64,000 nucleotides of DNA from an uncultured Clostridia bacterium (GCA_947630445.1 CANRHQ010000001.1:16591-80590); one strand, 5' to 3'; counted from the first letter of the stretch, positions 47,833-58,165 are shown. The notes: generated by a model from the sequence alone, not told the origin. Made by a program: numbers and translations.

Positions 47833-50187
47833 TTAAGCAACTTCCCAGCCAGTTATTAGCCCGTTTTCAACAGTAAGCACAACATCAGAAACCCCATCAG
47901 AATCTTTAAGATATAAAGTTCCACTAACTCCATTCATTTTCCAATTCTTTATGAGACCATTTTCAACAGTTATTCCACCTAGTAAAGTTCCACTTGCAGT
48001 ATTAGCGATATATGGTGTTTCGCTTTTTTTATCTAAATCGAATTCTAATATAGAGTATATATAATTGCCCTCTTTATATCCAATTGTTATATAATCTCCT
48101 TCTTCACAATAAAAACTTATTCCCTGTTCAGAAGTACTAATTATTTCAGTGCAACCTAATGTGCCAAGAAGTCTGCCATCAGACCAACAACCAAAAAATT
48201 TTAAACTTGTTTCATTTAGTTCTAATGCTAACTTATCCCCCAAATATGTACGAATAGTACCCGAAATATTAGCATTTGAGCATTTAATATTACCCTGTTC
48301 ATCCAATTGAAAGTTATTACTTTCTATTACAACTCTATTACCTTTTAATAATATTTGTTCAGCAGATTGACTGATTATAGAACATACATCTTCTTCATTA
48401 GCTTTCCTTCTTACTTCCATCCTTATTTCTTCTGCAGTCTGTCTTATTGATGAACTCATTTCAACTCTTGTTGCAAATATGTCAGTATAATCGTTTTGTA
48501 TTGCAAATTTTGCACTCATTCTTGCTGTGTAATTTTTTATTGCTATTGTATTTGTCCCGTTATTTACAAATATTGAATATTCTCCTAAATCCTCTATTTC
48601 CTCTTTTGATTTTACGGTTCCATCTTTATTGATTCTTCTTATTATTTGTGCTTTTCCATCTTTTAAAATATACTCATCTTGTATTGCTCCATTTTGTCTT
48701 AATACATCTGTTATACCTAATTCATATGTAGTTGCTTCATTATTTTTATTTGTTACTTCTATTCTACTATCGCCGTATGGAAACAAGCCATTGCTTGGAT
48801 ATAAAACATCACTTGGATATAAATGTTCAAATACTGTATTATTTCCAAATATGTGTAATTCTAGTATATTTCCTTCTACGCAATTTTCTAATTTTATTGT
48901 TTTATTTCCTTCAATTATATTTGTTACTTCTTGAATACTACTTACTGTATCCTTTATTTCATCTATCGTTTGTTCATGTTGTGTTAATTTTTGAGATGTT
49001 TCTGTTTGTTCTTCTATTATATCTTGTATTAATCCTGCGTTTTTTTTCGCTAGCCTTTCAACTTTTAGTGTCTTTTTCTCTTGTTCAGGAGTAACTTTAT
49101 ACTCTGTAGTTGCTGTTTCTGGTATATCAGCACTCATATTGGCTGTTTTAATGCCAGTTGATATTGTAATTTTCGCTTTTAAATATATAGAACTATAAGG
49201 ATTGTTCTCTCTGTCTTTAACTGTTATTACATCACAAGGTTCTAACCACATAACACCTACATCAGAGGCTTCAAAAGCATAATATTCTAGTCCATCTATT
49301 TGCTGTAACATATCTTTTATTAATTCTTCTCTTTTAGAATCTACAAATTCGTTTTCATCAAACCTAATTTCACATCTACCGTTTTTATCTATACTTTCTT
49401 GATTAACCCATTCAATGTTATCTTCTACAGAACCTCTGCCTAAAACTAAAGCATTAACAGGTCCAAATTTTTCGCTTATAACTAAATTAGATAAATAACT
49501 TGTATCCAATGTTTCAACGCTCTCACCAATTCTGCAAAGAAATAATTTATTTTCTTTTATAAAAATTGTTGTTAAAGTTGCCTGTGCTATTTTTTCTAAA
49601 ACATCTCTATATGTTAACTGTTGAACTGTAAAAAAGTCTTCATCAACAATTAGTTCTGAATTATAAAAATCTGTGGAGTATAATTCTACTCCACAGATTT
49701 CGCCCATTCGTGATACGAGTTTGTTCATTTTACAAGGATATGTTAATTGTAAATCTTCTCGCTTAAAAGGTTTCATGAAATTAAGCATTTTATCATATCC
49801 TGTAACAGTAATCTCTTCTTTATTTTTATCATCATTTATATCTTTTATATAATATTCTCCTAAATCTACATACTCAAAAGAATCATTTATTAATATTCCG
49901 TATTTAGGATTAACCACTTTTCCTTTTATCTCATTAGCGTTTTTTACAGTAATGTCTATCTGCTGCATTATAGTCTTAAATAATTCACCTTCGAAACTAT
50001 ATATAAGTTCTTTTGCAATTACTTCTTTTCTTGCTCTTAACACATTTATAGGTATAGAATTAAAAACATTTACAGGCATTACATGTATATCTTTTACTAA
50101 CAATTCACCATCTACAATAGATAATTTTAGATCTTGTTGCTTTATTTTTTTAGTTAAAATCTTAAAATCTTTTGTTACATTTCTCAT
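47833..50187 (-). CDS. phage tail-associated (Tal-like) minor structural protein
   Basis: 784 aa; directly downstream of the distal tail and tape-measure genes, the usual siphovirus order. Confidence 0.55.
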   Translation of the reverse strand: MRNVTKDFKILTKKIKQQDLKLSIVDGELLVKDIHVMPVNVFNSIPINVLRARKEVIAKELIYSFEGELFKTIMQQIDITVKNANEIKGKVVNPKYGILINDSFEYVDLGEYYIKDINDDKNKEEITVTGYDKMLNFMKPFKREDLQLTYPCKMNKLVSRMGEICGVELYSTDFYNSELIVDEDFFTVQQLTYRDVLEKIAQATLTTIFIKENKLFLCRIGESVETLDTSYLSNLVISEKFGPVNALVLGRGSVEDNIEWVNQESIDKNGRCEIRFDENEFVDSKREELIKDMLQQIDGLEYYAFEASDVGVMWLEPCDVITVKDRENNPYSSIYLKAKITISTGIKTANMSADIPETATTEYKVTPEQEKKTLKVERLAKKNAGLIQDIIEEQTETSQKLTQHEQTIDEIKDTVSSIQEVTNIIEGNKTIKLENCVEGNILELHIFGNNTVFEHLYPSDVLYPSNGLFPYGDSRIEVTNKNNEATTYELGITDVLRQNGAIQDEYILKDGKAQIIRRINKDGTVKSKEEIEDLGEYSIFVNNGTNTIAIKNYTARMSAKFAIQNDYTDIFATRVEMSSSIRQTAEEIRMEVRRKANEEDVCSIISQSAEQILLKGNRVVIESNNFQLDEQGNIKCSNANISGTIRTYLGDKLALELNETSLKFFGCWSDGRLLGTLGCTEIISTSEQGISFYCEEGDYITIGYKEGNYIYSILEFDLDKKSETPYIANTASGTLLGGITVENGLIKNWKMNGVSGTLYLKDSDGVSDVVLTVENGLITGWEVA

Positions 50188-50585
50188 GATAATTGTGGCC
50201 TCCTATCTATTGCTGTTAAAATAACTTGAAACTCTTCCCACATTTCACCATTCGCTTGCGGTGTAGATTTAATTGCTTGGCCATTATAAAAATCTTCAGT
50301 ATATAGTTCTCCTTGTCTAATACCATTCATGTCTTTTTCTAATGAGTATTGAACCCCTTCTAAAAATGGATGTTCTAGCAATTGTTTTATAAGGTTAAAT
50401 TCTGCATTGGAAACAGGACCAAAATCTATTTGCAATGTTGTAAAATAACCAGTAAATGTACCACTATAATGTCCATCCATCGCATTTCTACCTGTTCCAT
50501 CTCCCCAAAGGGGTTCTGGTCCTGGGGTAATTCCAACTATTCCTGGTACTTTTGTACCTTTTACTATTAATAAAGGTTCAGACAT
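50184..50585 (-). CDS. phage distal-tail component (start refined to MSEPLLIVKG)
   Basis: RBS ggagg lies 8 nt upstream of the ATG at 50585; its start overlaps the tape-measure stop. Confidence 0.45.
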   Translation of the reverse strand: MSEPLLIVKGTKVPGIVGITPGPEPLWGDGTGRNAMDGHYSGTFTGYFTTLQIDFGPVSNAEFNLIKQLLEHPFLEGVQYSLEKDMNGIRQGELYTEDFYNGQAIKSTPQANGEMWEEFQVILTAIDRRPQLS

Positions 50586-50589
50586 ATTT

Positions 50590-51175
50590 CTAGCCTCCGT
50601 TCTTTGCAAAATTATTTTTCTTTCTAGCCCTTTCAAGTCTTGTTTCTAGCTCATATGCATCTATATACAAATTAAAGTCAAGTCCTAAATCTTGTATTAA
50701 TTGAATTATGGTTTTTAATAAACTAATTATTTCTTGATTTATACTTGAATTTGTATCAGCTAATACTTTTTTGTATATATCTTCTAATTTGTCTTCTGGT
50801 GCAACAATTTCGCCATGCCTTTTATTATCTCCTATTATTGCTAATTGAGGTTGATTTGCTTTTACATAGGCACCATTTGCAAGTAGAGGGATTTGTGGCA
50901 CCGAAATCTTTGGAAGCCATGTAAATGGTGAAACTCCCGCAATATTTAAATTTCTTATTCCGTTTAGAGCTGAATTAATAGCATTGAATGGTACTGCAAC
51001 TACTTTATTAATTCCATTTATTATGCTGTTTACTATTCTCGTAAATGTACTTGTAATACCATCTTTAATGCCATTAAATATTTGTCCTCCAGAACTAAAT
51101 ACATTTTTAACTGCGGTCCATGCATTTGTAAATATGTTTTTGAAATAGTTTGCTACATTGCCGAAATATATTTTT
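50590..51175 (-). CDS. phage tape measure protein, C-terminal fragment (out of frame with 51107-53284)
   Basis: Continuous ORF in the alternate frame upstream of 50901: ...IFNGIKDGITSTF...PQIPLLANGAYVKANQPQLAIIGDNKRHGEIVAPE... is a typical TMP C-terminus. Confidence 0.6.
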
Positions 51176-53284
51176 TATACTATCCCAAGCTATAGATGCC
51201 TGATTTGTTAGCCCTTGCCACATAGGTGCAAAGAATTTTGCAATAGGTTGAATTATTGTATTATTAAACCATGTTGCGGCTGTATTCCAAGTATTTTTTA
51301 TAAATTCCCAACATTTAGCACCTGCCTCTTTTACCGTATCCCAGTTTTTTACTAACACATAAATTCCTGCTACCAATGCTGCTATTGCTGCTATTACCAA
51401 AGTTATAGGAGATGTTAATACTGTCAAAGCCGCATTAAATAACCATGTGGCAGCAGTTGCTGCTGTTGTAGCAACATTATATGCTATAGTTGCTGCTGTA
51501 CTAGCCACTTTAGCCGCTGTACTAGCAACCCAAGAGGCTGTCTGTTTAATGATAGATGCAGTTGCGCTTGCCATAGAAACTATAAAATCTTTTGCATACA
51601 TTAAAGTAAGTGCAATTGTATCGGCTTTATCTGCTAACTTTGCACTAATACTAGTCCAAATGGCCTTTGTTATAGATGCGAGTGCGGATACTACTCCTCC
51701 ACTTGTTTGGATAAAAGACATTAATTCTGTTATTTTCCATAGTCCAAAAAAAGCTCCAATTGAAATTACTATAGCATCAACTACTGTCTGATTTTTACTC
51801 ATCCAATCCCCGATTTTAGTAAGAACACCTGCTATGCCATTTAATGTATCAACTATTACTCCCCCAGTCCATGAAAGAAGAGGTTTCAAAAGTCCATCCC
51901 AAATTGGTTTAAAAATATTACCAAATGTGGTTAAAATCGGATTTAAAATCTTTAATGCACCAGATAAAACATTTATAAAACTAGGCAACAAATCTTGAAT
52001 TGTCCATCTTGAAAGTGGTACTAATATTTCATCATAACCCCATTTTAGAGCTGACCAAATCTTTTGAGTGATTGGTTCAATTGCAATTTTTAATTTGTTA
52101 AAAGAGTTTATCAAATTATCAAAATTAATATTATTAAAAAGACTTAATTTTTCTGCATTTTCGCTTACATTATCAAAATCTATATTTCCTGTAGATATAC
52201 TGCCCGTTGAACTATTTGATTTGGTACCTGTAGACTCAGAATCATCGGTTTTTAATATCTGAGCTGTATCAAAAGCTGTAAGTCCTTTTAAATCTTTAGC
52301 TGCTTTTTTTGCACTACTTCCTATTCCTTCTACTGCATCTGATGCATCATCAGCACCAGATGAAACAGAACTTAATTCTCCAGAAATATTACCAATTCCA
52401 TTCGAAGTATCTTGTTTAGAACCTGTTATTAATTCTGTAAAACTCTTAAAAGCATTTGCTAGTACCTGTAATTTTGCAAGTAAAGAATTTATTATTTTTA
52501 ATACTGGGGTGAATAAATTAATAAATCCTTGACCTAACGTTGCTTTAAATTCGCTAAATCTTAGGCTTAATACTCTCGTTTGATTAGCCCACCCATCTTG
52601 AGTTCTTATGAAGTCTCCACTTGCTAATGACAATTGATCTATAACGAATTTATATCGTAAAGCTACTTTTTCTTGCTCAGACATTTTTGCAGTAGTCTTA
52701 CCATATCCATTCGATAAAGCATATTGATCCAAGGCATTTTGTGTCATTACAACACCTAATTCTTTTAGTGTTTCGGTCTCTCCTGTAAAAACAGATTTTA
52801 ATTTTGTATAGGCTTCATCACTAGACATATTATAAAATGATGCTACATCTCCTGCTAAGCCTGTTAAAGTTTTACTCATTTCAAAAGCATCTTTTTCAGC
52901 AAAACCAAATGCTTTAGACATAGCCCCAAAAGTACCCATGTATTTTTTAGTTACTGTTTGGCTTAATCCGAACTGTTCAATTGCATTTTCTGCAAACTGA
53001 TTAACACTCTCGTTCATTGTTTTAAATGATACATCTACGACATTCTGTACTTCAGCTAAGTCAGAACCCAAATTAATACATTCTTTTCCAAAATCGAAAA
53101 TCTTTTTTACTGAAAATGCAGTTAAAGCTACTTTACCTATCTTAGATAATGATGAAGATATCATATTGCTAGCATTACCTGCTGTTTTATTTATATTATT
53201 TAGTTGTTTATTAAATTTGTTGCTATTTAATAGTAATTCTAAATCTATAGAACCTACATTTTTAGACTTAGACATCATATACAC
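51107..53284 (-). CDS. phage tail tape measure protein (TP901-family core), N-terminal 725 aa; frame broken near the T6 run at about 51165-51172
   Basis: ..LGVVMTQNALDQYALSNGYGKTTAKMSEQEKVALRYKFVIDQLSLASGDF.. is a TMP core; long TM-rich and helical repeat region. Confidence 0.8.
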   Translation of the reverse strand: MYMMSKSKNVGSIDLELLLNSNKFNKQLNNINKTAGNASNMISSSLSKIGKVALTAFSVKKIFDFGKECINLGSDLAEVQNVVDVSFKTMNESVNQFAENAIEQFGLSQTVTKKYMGTFGAMSKAFGFAEKDAFEMSKTLTGLAGDVASFYNMSSDEAYTKLKSVFTGETETLKELGVVMTQNALDQYALSNGYGKTTAKMSEQEKVALRYKFVIDQLSLASGDFIRTQDGWANQTRVLSLRFSEFKATLGQGFINLFTPVLKIINSLLAKLQVLANAFKSFTELITGSKQDTSNGIGNISGELSSVSSGADDASDAVEGIGSSAKKAAKDLKGLTAFDTAQILKTDDSESTGTKSNSSTGSISTGNIDFDNVSENAEKLSLFNNINFDNLINSFNKLKIAIEPITQKIWSALKWGYDEILVPLSRWTIQDLLPSFINVLSGALKILNPILTTFGNIFKPIWDGLLKPLLSWTGGVIVDTLNGIAGVLTKIGDWMSKNQTVVDAIVISIGAFFGLWKITELMSFIQTSGGVVSALASITKAIWTSISAKLADKADTIALTLMYAKDFIVSMASATASIIKQTASWVASTAAKVASTAATIAYNVATTAATAATWLFNAALTVLTSPITLVIAAIAALVAGIYVLVKNWDTVKEAGAKCWEFIKNTWNTAATWFNNTIIQPIAKFFAPMWQGLTNQASIAWDSIKNIFRQCSKLFQKHIYKCMDRS

Positions 53285-53316
53285 CTGCCTTTCCTAAAAA
53301 AGCAGGTCTTGGCTAA

Positions 53317-53466
53317 CTACTCACTATCTCTAGTCGTGTTGCTCACTCTGTCTTTTCTTGTATCTACATATACTGTTTTTTTACATCTAGGACATTTAAT
53401 TTCTCCTACGCAGCAAATTGCTTTAAGCAATAACTGATTACAATTATTGCACCTAATATCTTTCAT
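53317..53466 (-). CDS. Com-like zinc-ribbon protein (Mu Com / PF10122-like), absent from the 60-aa-cutoff ORF track
   Basis: 49 aa: MKDIRCNNCNQLLLKAICCVGEIKCPRCKKTVYVDTRKD...; CxxC...CxxC with the spacing and flanking residues of Com-family translational regulators. Confidence 0.5.
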   Translation of the reverse strand: MKDIRCNNCNQLLLKAICCVGEIKCPRCKKTVYVDTRKDRVSNTTRDSE

Positions 53467-53842
53467 GTTTTTGTCCTCCTGCCAAACTTATTAAAGCATT
53501 TTTCATGTTTTCTAAATAAGATTTCATTTCTTCTTGGCTAACTTGATTTGCTTGTTCATTTCTCCACTTTCTTCTTATTTCTTTTTGTTCTGGTGTCATT
53601 TTCTTTATAATTTCCGAATCAGTTTCAGATCTTATCGCAACAACATTTCCAAGCGGCGTATCATGCATTAATCCTGAAATGTAAGAGCTTAATTCTCCCC
53701 ATTTCATGCCTTTAATTTCTTTTCTAATCCTAAGTTGATATTGTTTTGCTAAAGAGCTTTCAATCAAATTCCAATCATCTAACAAATCATAATAGTTATC
53801 ATTTGCCTGTGAATTTTCGAAATCGTTTCTCCATTTCCTCAT
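53453..53842 (-). CDS. phage tail assembly chaperone, T-ORF (overlaps the G-ORF)
   Basis: 129 aa; overlaps the upstream chaperone by 44 nt in the +1 frame; position directly upstream of the tape-measure gene. Confidence 0.5.
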   Translation of the reverse strand: MRKWRNDFENSQANDNYYDLLDDWNLIESSLAKQYQLRIRKEIKGMKWGELSSYISGLMHDTPLGNVVAIRSETDSEIIKKMTPEQKEIRRKWRNEQANQVSQEEMKSYLENMKNALISLAGGQKHERY

Positions 53843-54119
53843 AACTTACTTCATTAACTTGAGCCATAACGGCTATTACTACAATGCTAAGTTTTTTTAC
53901 ACTTAAATTTTTACTTTTAATTAGCTTTAATGCATCTTTTCCAATAAATAATTTTATAATTTCATAAAAGTCTTCTACTGTTGCACTTTTTTCGAATTTT
54001 TGTTGTGCAATAAGCATTGTTTCTGCTCCGCAATCTACATTGTATTCATGTTCACTATCTATTTTTATCTTTGAATCTTCTTCAATTTCTAACTTTTGAC
54101 TAATATCAATTAATGCCAT
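53799..54119 (-). CDS. phage tail assembly chaperone, G-ORF
   Basis: 106 aa; acidic; between the major tail and tape-measure genes. Confidence 0.55.
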   Translation of the reverse strand: MALIDISQKLEIEEDSKIKIDSEHEYNVDCGAETMLIAQQKFEKSATVEDFYEIIKLFIGKDALKLIKSKNLSVKKLSIVVIAVMAQVNEVSYEEMEKRFRKFTGK

Positions 54120-54163
54120 TTTTCTACCTCCAAAATAAAATAGAGGGCTTTTTTGCCCTCAAA

Positions 54164-54601
54164 TTAAACCGCTTCTGCTTCAGTTATTTCTGGTTTTCCA
54201 TCACTTTGTGCTTCAAATTCTAATGGGCCTACATTTACTGTTTCTCCAGCACCTATATTCGTTATGCTAAATACACAAGGCATAATAAATTTTGTTGTAT
54301 CTGGGAAAGTCCATTGTAAAACACCATTTGAGTCAGTTCCATTTTTAAATGCTAAACCTGCAATAAAATCATTTCCTGCATCTCCAACATTTCTTTTTCC
54401 TGATACTGTTATTGTTACAGATTTTCCTGTCATTAAACGTCTTGTCCAACCTTCTTGATCATAAGGTTTCCATTCTTGCACTTCATTATCGATTGCCACA
54501 CTGAAATTTTCCATATCAGCTATATTATTTAAGTTTTCTTTGTCTTTTCCTACCTGAAATTGATTTTCATAACAAGGATATACCCCTTTTTTTGCTGCCA
54601 T
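54164..54601 (-). CDS. phage major tail protein
   Basis: 145 aa; Ig-like beta-rich sequence; canonical position upstream of the G/T chaperones. Confidence 0.65.
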   Translation of the reverse strand: MAAKKGVYPCYENQFQVGKDKENLNNIADMENFSVAIDNEVQEWKPYDQEGWTRRLMTGKSVTITVSGKRNVGDAGNDFIAGLAFKNGTDSNGVLQWTFPDTTKFIMPCVFSITNIGAGETVNVGPLEFEAQSDGKPEITEAEAV

Positions 54602-54602
54602 G

Positions 54603-55010
54603 TTAATTCTCCTTTCTTTTGTAATAGAACTCTAGCTCTATTACTCTTTCATAAATTTTATTTTCATCAGTTCCAACATCTTGAGGTTCAGGAACAAGTA
54701 AAATTACAAATAATACTTTATAGTCTTCAATTTCTATATTTCTTATATTTAATAACTTATCAAATAAATTTTGTGCTGCTATTTCTGTATCATTTGCATC
54801 ATTATTCCAATGAACCAACAGACTAACTTTTTTAGTTTCATAACTTTTATTTTGAATACCTCCAAGAGGTATCAAAAAAGGAGTGCCTTCTTTTAAGTTA
54901 TACACCCCTATACTTTTTTCTTTTTTGCTTTCTAATTTTCCTATATAAAAGTGCTCGGCTCCTGTATCTAAAGTTTTTAGATAATCTCTAATATTTGCTA
55001 ATGTTAACAT
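54603..55010 (-). CDS. phage tail terminator / tail-component protein
   Basis: Position in the head-tail joining block. Confidence 0.4.
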   Translation of the reverse strand: MLTLANIRDYLKTLDTGAEHFYIGKLESKKEKSIGVYNLKEGTPFLIPLGGIQNKSYETKKVSLLVHWNNDANDTEIAAQNLFDKLLNIRNIEIEDYKVLFVILLVPEPQDVGTDENKIYERVIELEFYYKRKEN

Positions 55011-55426
55011 TATATTCCTGCCTCCCTTTTATATATTTTTGAAAATGTTTCACTACAAAATTTCTTTTTCATACCCGAGATGTAATCTTCATACCATTCA
55101 CCCCTGGCATTTCTATGTTCTTTTCTGTTAAAATTATATTCTGGATGAAAGTACATTCTTCTTGCATAAGCTGTAGATGATATCAAATCAGTTTTTCCTT
55201 TATTTACATCAGAATAATCTGAAAAAGTATTATCATTTAAATATCCACCCTGGTGTATAACTTTTCCATCCTTCATTATGTCCTCTCCAAACGGAATTAC
55301 TTCATCTTCTTCTACTTCTGATAGCAATGCTTCTGTAGTTTCTTCTAAAGCTGTTGTTGCAGCTTTGGATAATTGATTTAAAACTGGAATATTAAGTTTC
55401 ACTTTTGAATTTACAAATTTATTCAT
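55010..55426 (-). CDS. phage HK97-gp10-like tail-completion protein
   Basis: 138 aa; size and position. Confidence 0.4.
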   Translation of the reverse strand: MNKFVNSKVKLNIPVLNQLSKAATTALEETTEALLSEVEEDEVIPFGEDIMKDGKVIHQGGYLNDNTFSDYSDVNKGKTDLISSTAYARRMYFHPEYNFNRKEHRNARGEWYEDYISGMKKKFCSETFSKIYKREAGI

Positions 55427-55758
55427 TCTAAATCCAATTGTGTATAATTTACAGTACCATCTGGGTTTCTAGCTTTTGTTCCTTTATAAATAAGCCTTTT
55501 TTCACCAAAAATAATTACATACCCTCCTGAAATTACTGCTAAATTTGGTGCAATATCTCCATTAAATAAGGCTTTTCCTGAAAGCTGAATAACTTGCTTT
55601 TCTGCTGTTAATATTTGTTTTGCACCATCCTGCCAATTACACTTCAAATCTTTTTCAAGTGCTATAGTAGGTCCGCCGTTTTCAGTTAACTCTTCACTGT
55701 ATAAAACAACCTTTATATCAGTATTACAAATTATATTTGGTACTAACTCTGGCCACAT
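55423..55758 (-). CDS. phage head-closure protein
   Basis: 111 aa; position. Confidence 0.4.
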   Translation of the reverse strand: MWPELVPNIICNTDIKVVLYSEELTENGGPTIALEKDLKCNWQDGAKQILTAEKQVIQLSGKALFNGDIAPNLAVISGGYVIIFGEKRLIYKGTKARNPDGTVNYTQLDLE

Positions 55759-56138
55759 TAAAACCTAAAACTCCTACAAGTTAATCCTGTTTGTTCCAGA
55801 TGGCTGTATAGGTCGTTTGGAATTGCAACTCCTTTAATTATTTTAATATTCCAACTTTTATCAAAATTCATATTAACTCCATTTATTGAATATGAACTAA
55901 GAATACTATTTAGCAATGTTTTATTAGAAAATTTAAAATCGGCTAGTTTACACACAACTTCTTTTATAATATCTTGTTGAAATTTAGTTAGATTTTCAAA
56001 ACCAATCGCAACAATCCTATTAAAAGTTAATGTATCAATATCCCTACTAGCTGATTTTAAATAATTTTCTATATCTTCATCTTTCAATATAGTATTTTTA
56101 TTTAGACTTTTATAATATTCGCTATCTACATAAGGCAT
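55758..56138 (-). CDS. phage head-tail connector (gp6/gp15-like)
   Basis: 126 aa; position directly after the capsid block. Confidence 0.4.
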   Translation of the reverse strand: MPYVDSEYYKSLNKNTILKDEDIENYLKSASRDIDTLTFNRIVAIGFENLTKFQQDIIKEVVCKLADFKFSNKTLLNSILSSYSINGVNMNFDKSWNIKIIKGVAIPNDLYSHLEQTGLTCRSFRF

Positions 56139-56153
56139 AATAACACCTCATTT

Positions 56154-56480
56154 CTATTTTGTAGCTTTTTTCAAATCTTCAGTTAATTTTGCATTTGCTT
56201 TTGTTAAATCTTCTACTTGTTTAGCTAATTCGCTATTTGTTTTTGTTAATTCTTCAATTTTTTCTTTTTCAGTATTATTTACTTCTAGTTCTTTTATTTT
56301 TTCAGTTAATTCTTTATTCTTGTCTTCTAATTTTTTGTATTTATCATAAGTAACTGTTTTTTTAGGTGAATAGTCTATAACTTTTCCTTTATCATCATAA
56401 ATATCATATCCTTCTGCTAAATATGATTTTTTTTGAGTTTCTGTTATATCATAAACTTTATTATCTTTTTTTGCTTTCAT
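56154..56480 (-). CDS. phage hypothetical coiled-coil protein
   Basis: 108 aa; KE-rich heptads. Confidence 0.35.
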   Translation of the reverse strand: MKAKKDNKVYDITETQKKSYLAEGYDIYDDKGKVIDYSPKKTVTYDKYKKLEDKNKELTEKIKELEVNNTEKEKIEELTKTNSELAKQVEDLTKANAKLTEDLKKATK

Positions 56481-56495
56481 TTTTAAAGTACCTCC

Positions 56496-57395
56496 TTATT
56501 CTCCTTCTTCTTCAGAATGAATTATACAACCTTTTGCTAATAATTCGTCTAAAGCAAATGTACCATTAAATCTTCTATTTTGATATAAATATTTATCAGC
56601 ACATCTTGAATCATGTCCTGGTGTAAATGCATTAATGTAAGAATATTTAACTCTTGATATTTGGGCTTCTGGATCTATTAATATATAATCTATTTGTTTA
56701 CCTGAAGCATCAGCTGCATAACCATCTGTGAAGTTATATGCTGTTTTAAATCTTTCTTTTGGAACAGTTATTATTTTTCCAATATCATCCATAGAGTGAA
56801 TTCTTCTGTCCATTCCGTTTCCTTTTGATACATCAAGAACTCTTTGAACTCCTTCAGCATTTTTTAATAATTTTTTATAATCTACTGTACAATATAATAT
56901 TGCTCTTGATAATGGAACTCCAGCATCTTCTAAAGCTGCGCAGTTATCATCAAAATCTGATAGTACATTAGCAGCAGTTAATGCATCATGTTTTAGTTTT
57001 GCATTAACTCTTTTAGCTTCTACATATAGCTTAGAAAATGTATAACAATCTAGTTCTGGAATTGCTTGAGTTTTCTCAAATCTAGAATGTATATTTGCTA
57101 TAGATAGAACTTTATTAGATTCATCAACATCCATTGGATCTACACCAAATTCAATATCTCTATCATGGTCTAGAGTTTTATCTTCATAGTCATTTGAATA
57201 TGTTCCAGTATTAAATGTTATTGATGTTCTATCATGATCTTTATATCCTCCTACTTTTAATTTTGGTATTCTTAATGTTTTACCATTTACAATATTAATT
57301 CCTTTGTTTGAATTAAATAAGTCTACTGACTTTAATTCATGGCCATATAGATCTAAAATTCTTGGCCAAAAAATATCTGCATATTTTAATTCCAT
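56496..57395 (-). CDS. phage major capsid protein
   Basis: 299 aa; immediately downstream of the scaffold gene. Confidence 0.6.
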   Translation of the reverse strand: MELKYADIFWPRILDLYGHELKSVDLFNSNKGINIVNGKTLRIPKLKVGGYKDHDRTSITFNTGTYSNDYEDKTLDHDRDIEFGVDPMDVDESNKVLSIANIHSRFEKTQAIPELDCYTFSKLYVEAKRVNAKLKHDALTAANVLSDFDDNCAALEDAGVPLSRAILYCTVDYKKLLKNAEGVQRVLDVSKGNGMDRRIHSMDDIGKIITVPKERFKTAYNFTDGYAADASGKQIDYILIDPEAQISRVKYSYINAFTPGHDSRCADKYLYQNRRFNGTFALDELLAKGCIIHSEEEGE

Positions 57396-57412
57396 TTTTA
57401 AAATCCTCCTTT

Positions 57413-58048
57413 TTAACTAAAAATTTCTTTAAGAGCATCTTCTAATCCTGTTTGATTATTTTCGTTTGCTCCGCCTATTTTTTGAAAACCTGCATCATTA
57501 TTTTGAACTTGTCCCTTTAGCTGTGGTAATGCTTCTAAAATATCATTAAGAGCTGTTTTTATTGATTCTTCTACTATTTTTCCATCACTACCAACAGCAT
57601 TGCTAAAATCTGCCATTTTAATTAAGTATGGTACTGTTTTAGCATCAACCCCAAGTCCTAATGCTATATCTGTTGCTTTGCTTTCAATTTGCATTTTTTG
57701 AACTTTTGCCTTTAAAGCATTGTTCTCATTTTGAAGATTTACAGCGTTTTGATTTTGTTCAAGTGCTTTTTGAGCTTTACTAGTTTTAAAGTTCTCTATT
57801 GCACTTTGCATTTCATCTTCACTTAAACCTTGTTTTTGAAAATATGACTTAAGAACTGCATCTTCTGTTTTTGCATTTCTGCCATCAATTATTTCTTGAA
57901 TTTTGTTATAATCTATACCTGCATTTTGTACTGGATTTGTGCCAGTCCCTGTTGAATTATTAATTGCACTAGTTCCTGCTGTATTATTGTTTTGCCCCGT
58001 AGCGTTTTGGGCATTATTTGGATTGTTATTTTCTCCATCCATTTTCAC
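57413..58048 (-). CDS. phage scaffolding protein
   Basis: 211 aa; low-complexity N-terminus (NNNPNNAQNATGQNNN); helical C-terminus; position before the capsid gene. Confidence 0.6.
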   Translation of the reverse strand: MKMDGENNNPNNAQNATGQNNNTAGTSAINNSTGTGTNPVQNAGIDYNKIQEIIDGRNAKTEDAVLKSYFQKQGLSEDEMQSAIENFKTSKAQKALEQNQNAVNLQNENNALKAKVQKMQIESKATDIALGLGVDAKTVPYLIKMADFSNAVGSDGKIVEESIKTALNDILEALPQLKGQVQNNDAGFQKIGGANENNQTGLEDALKEIFS

Positions 58049-58136
58049 TACCTCCCTTAAAACTTTTTATAGTCTTGAAATGACTAATGCACATGCTTAG
58101 CAGATTAGCCCCTGCACAAGGTTTTAGGCCATAAAA

Positions 58137-58165
58137 AAAAGATGCTATTTTGCATCTTTAGCTAC
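58137..58165 (-). terminator. intrinsic terminator inside the head module (aagatgc-aaaatag-gcatctt followed by T8)
   Basis: Minus strand aaagatgcaaaatagcatcttttttttat, after the small ORFs that follow the MuF gene. Confidence 0.6.
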
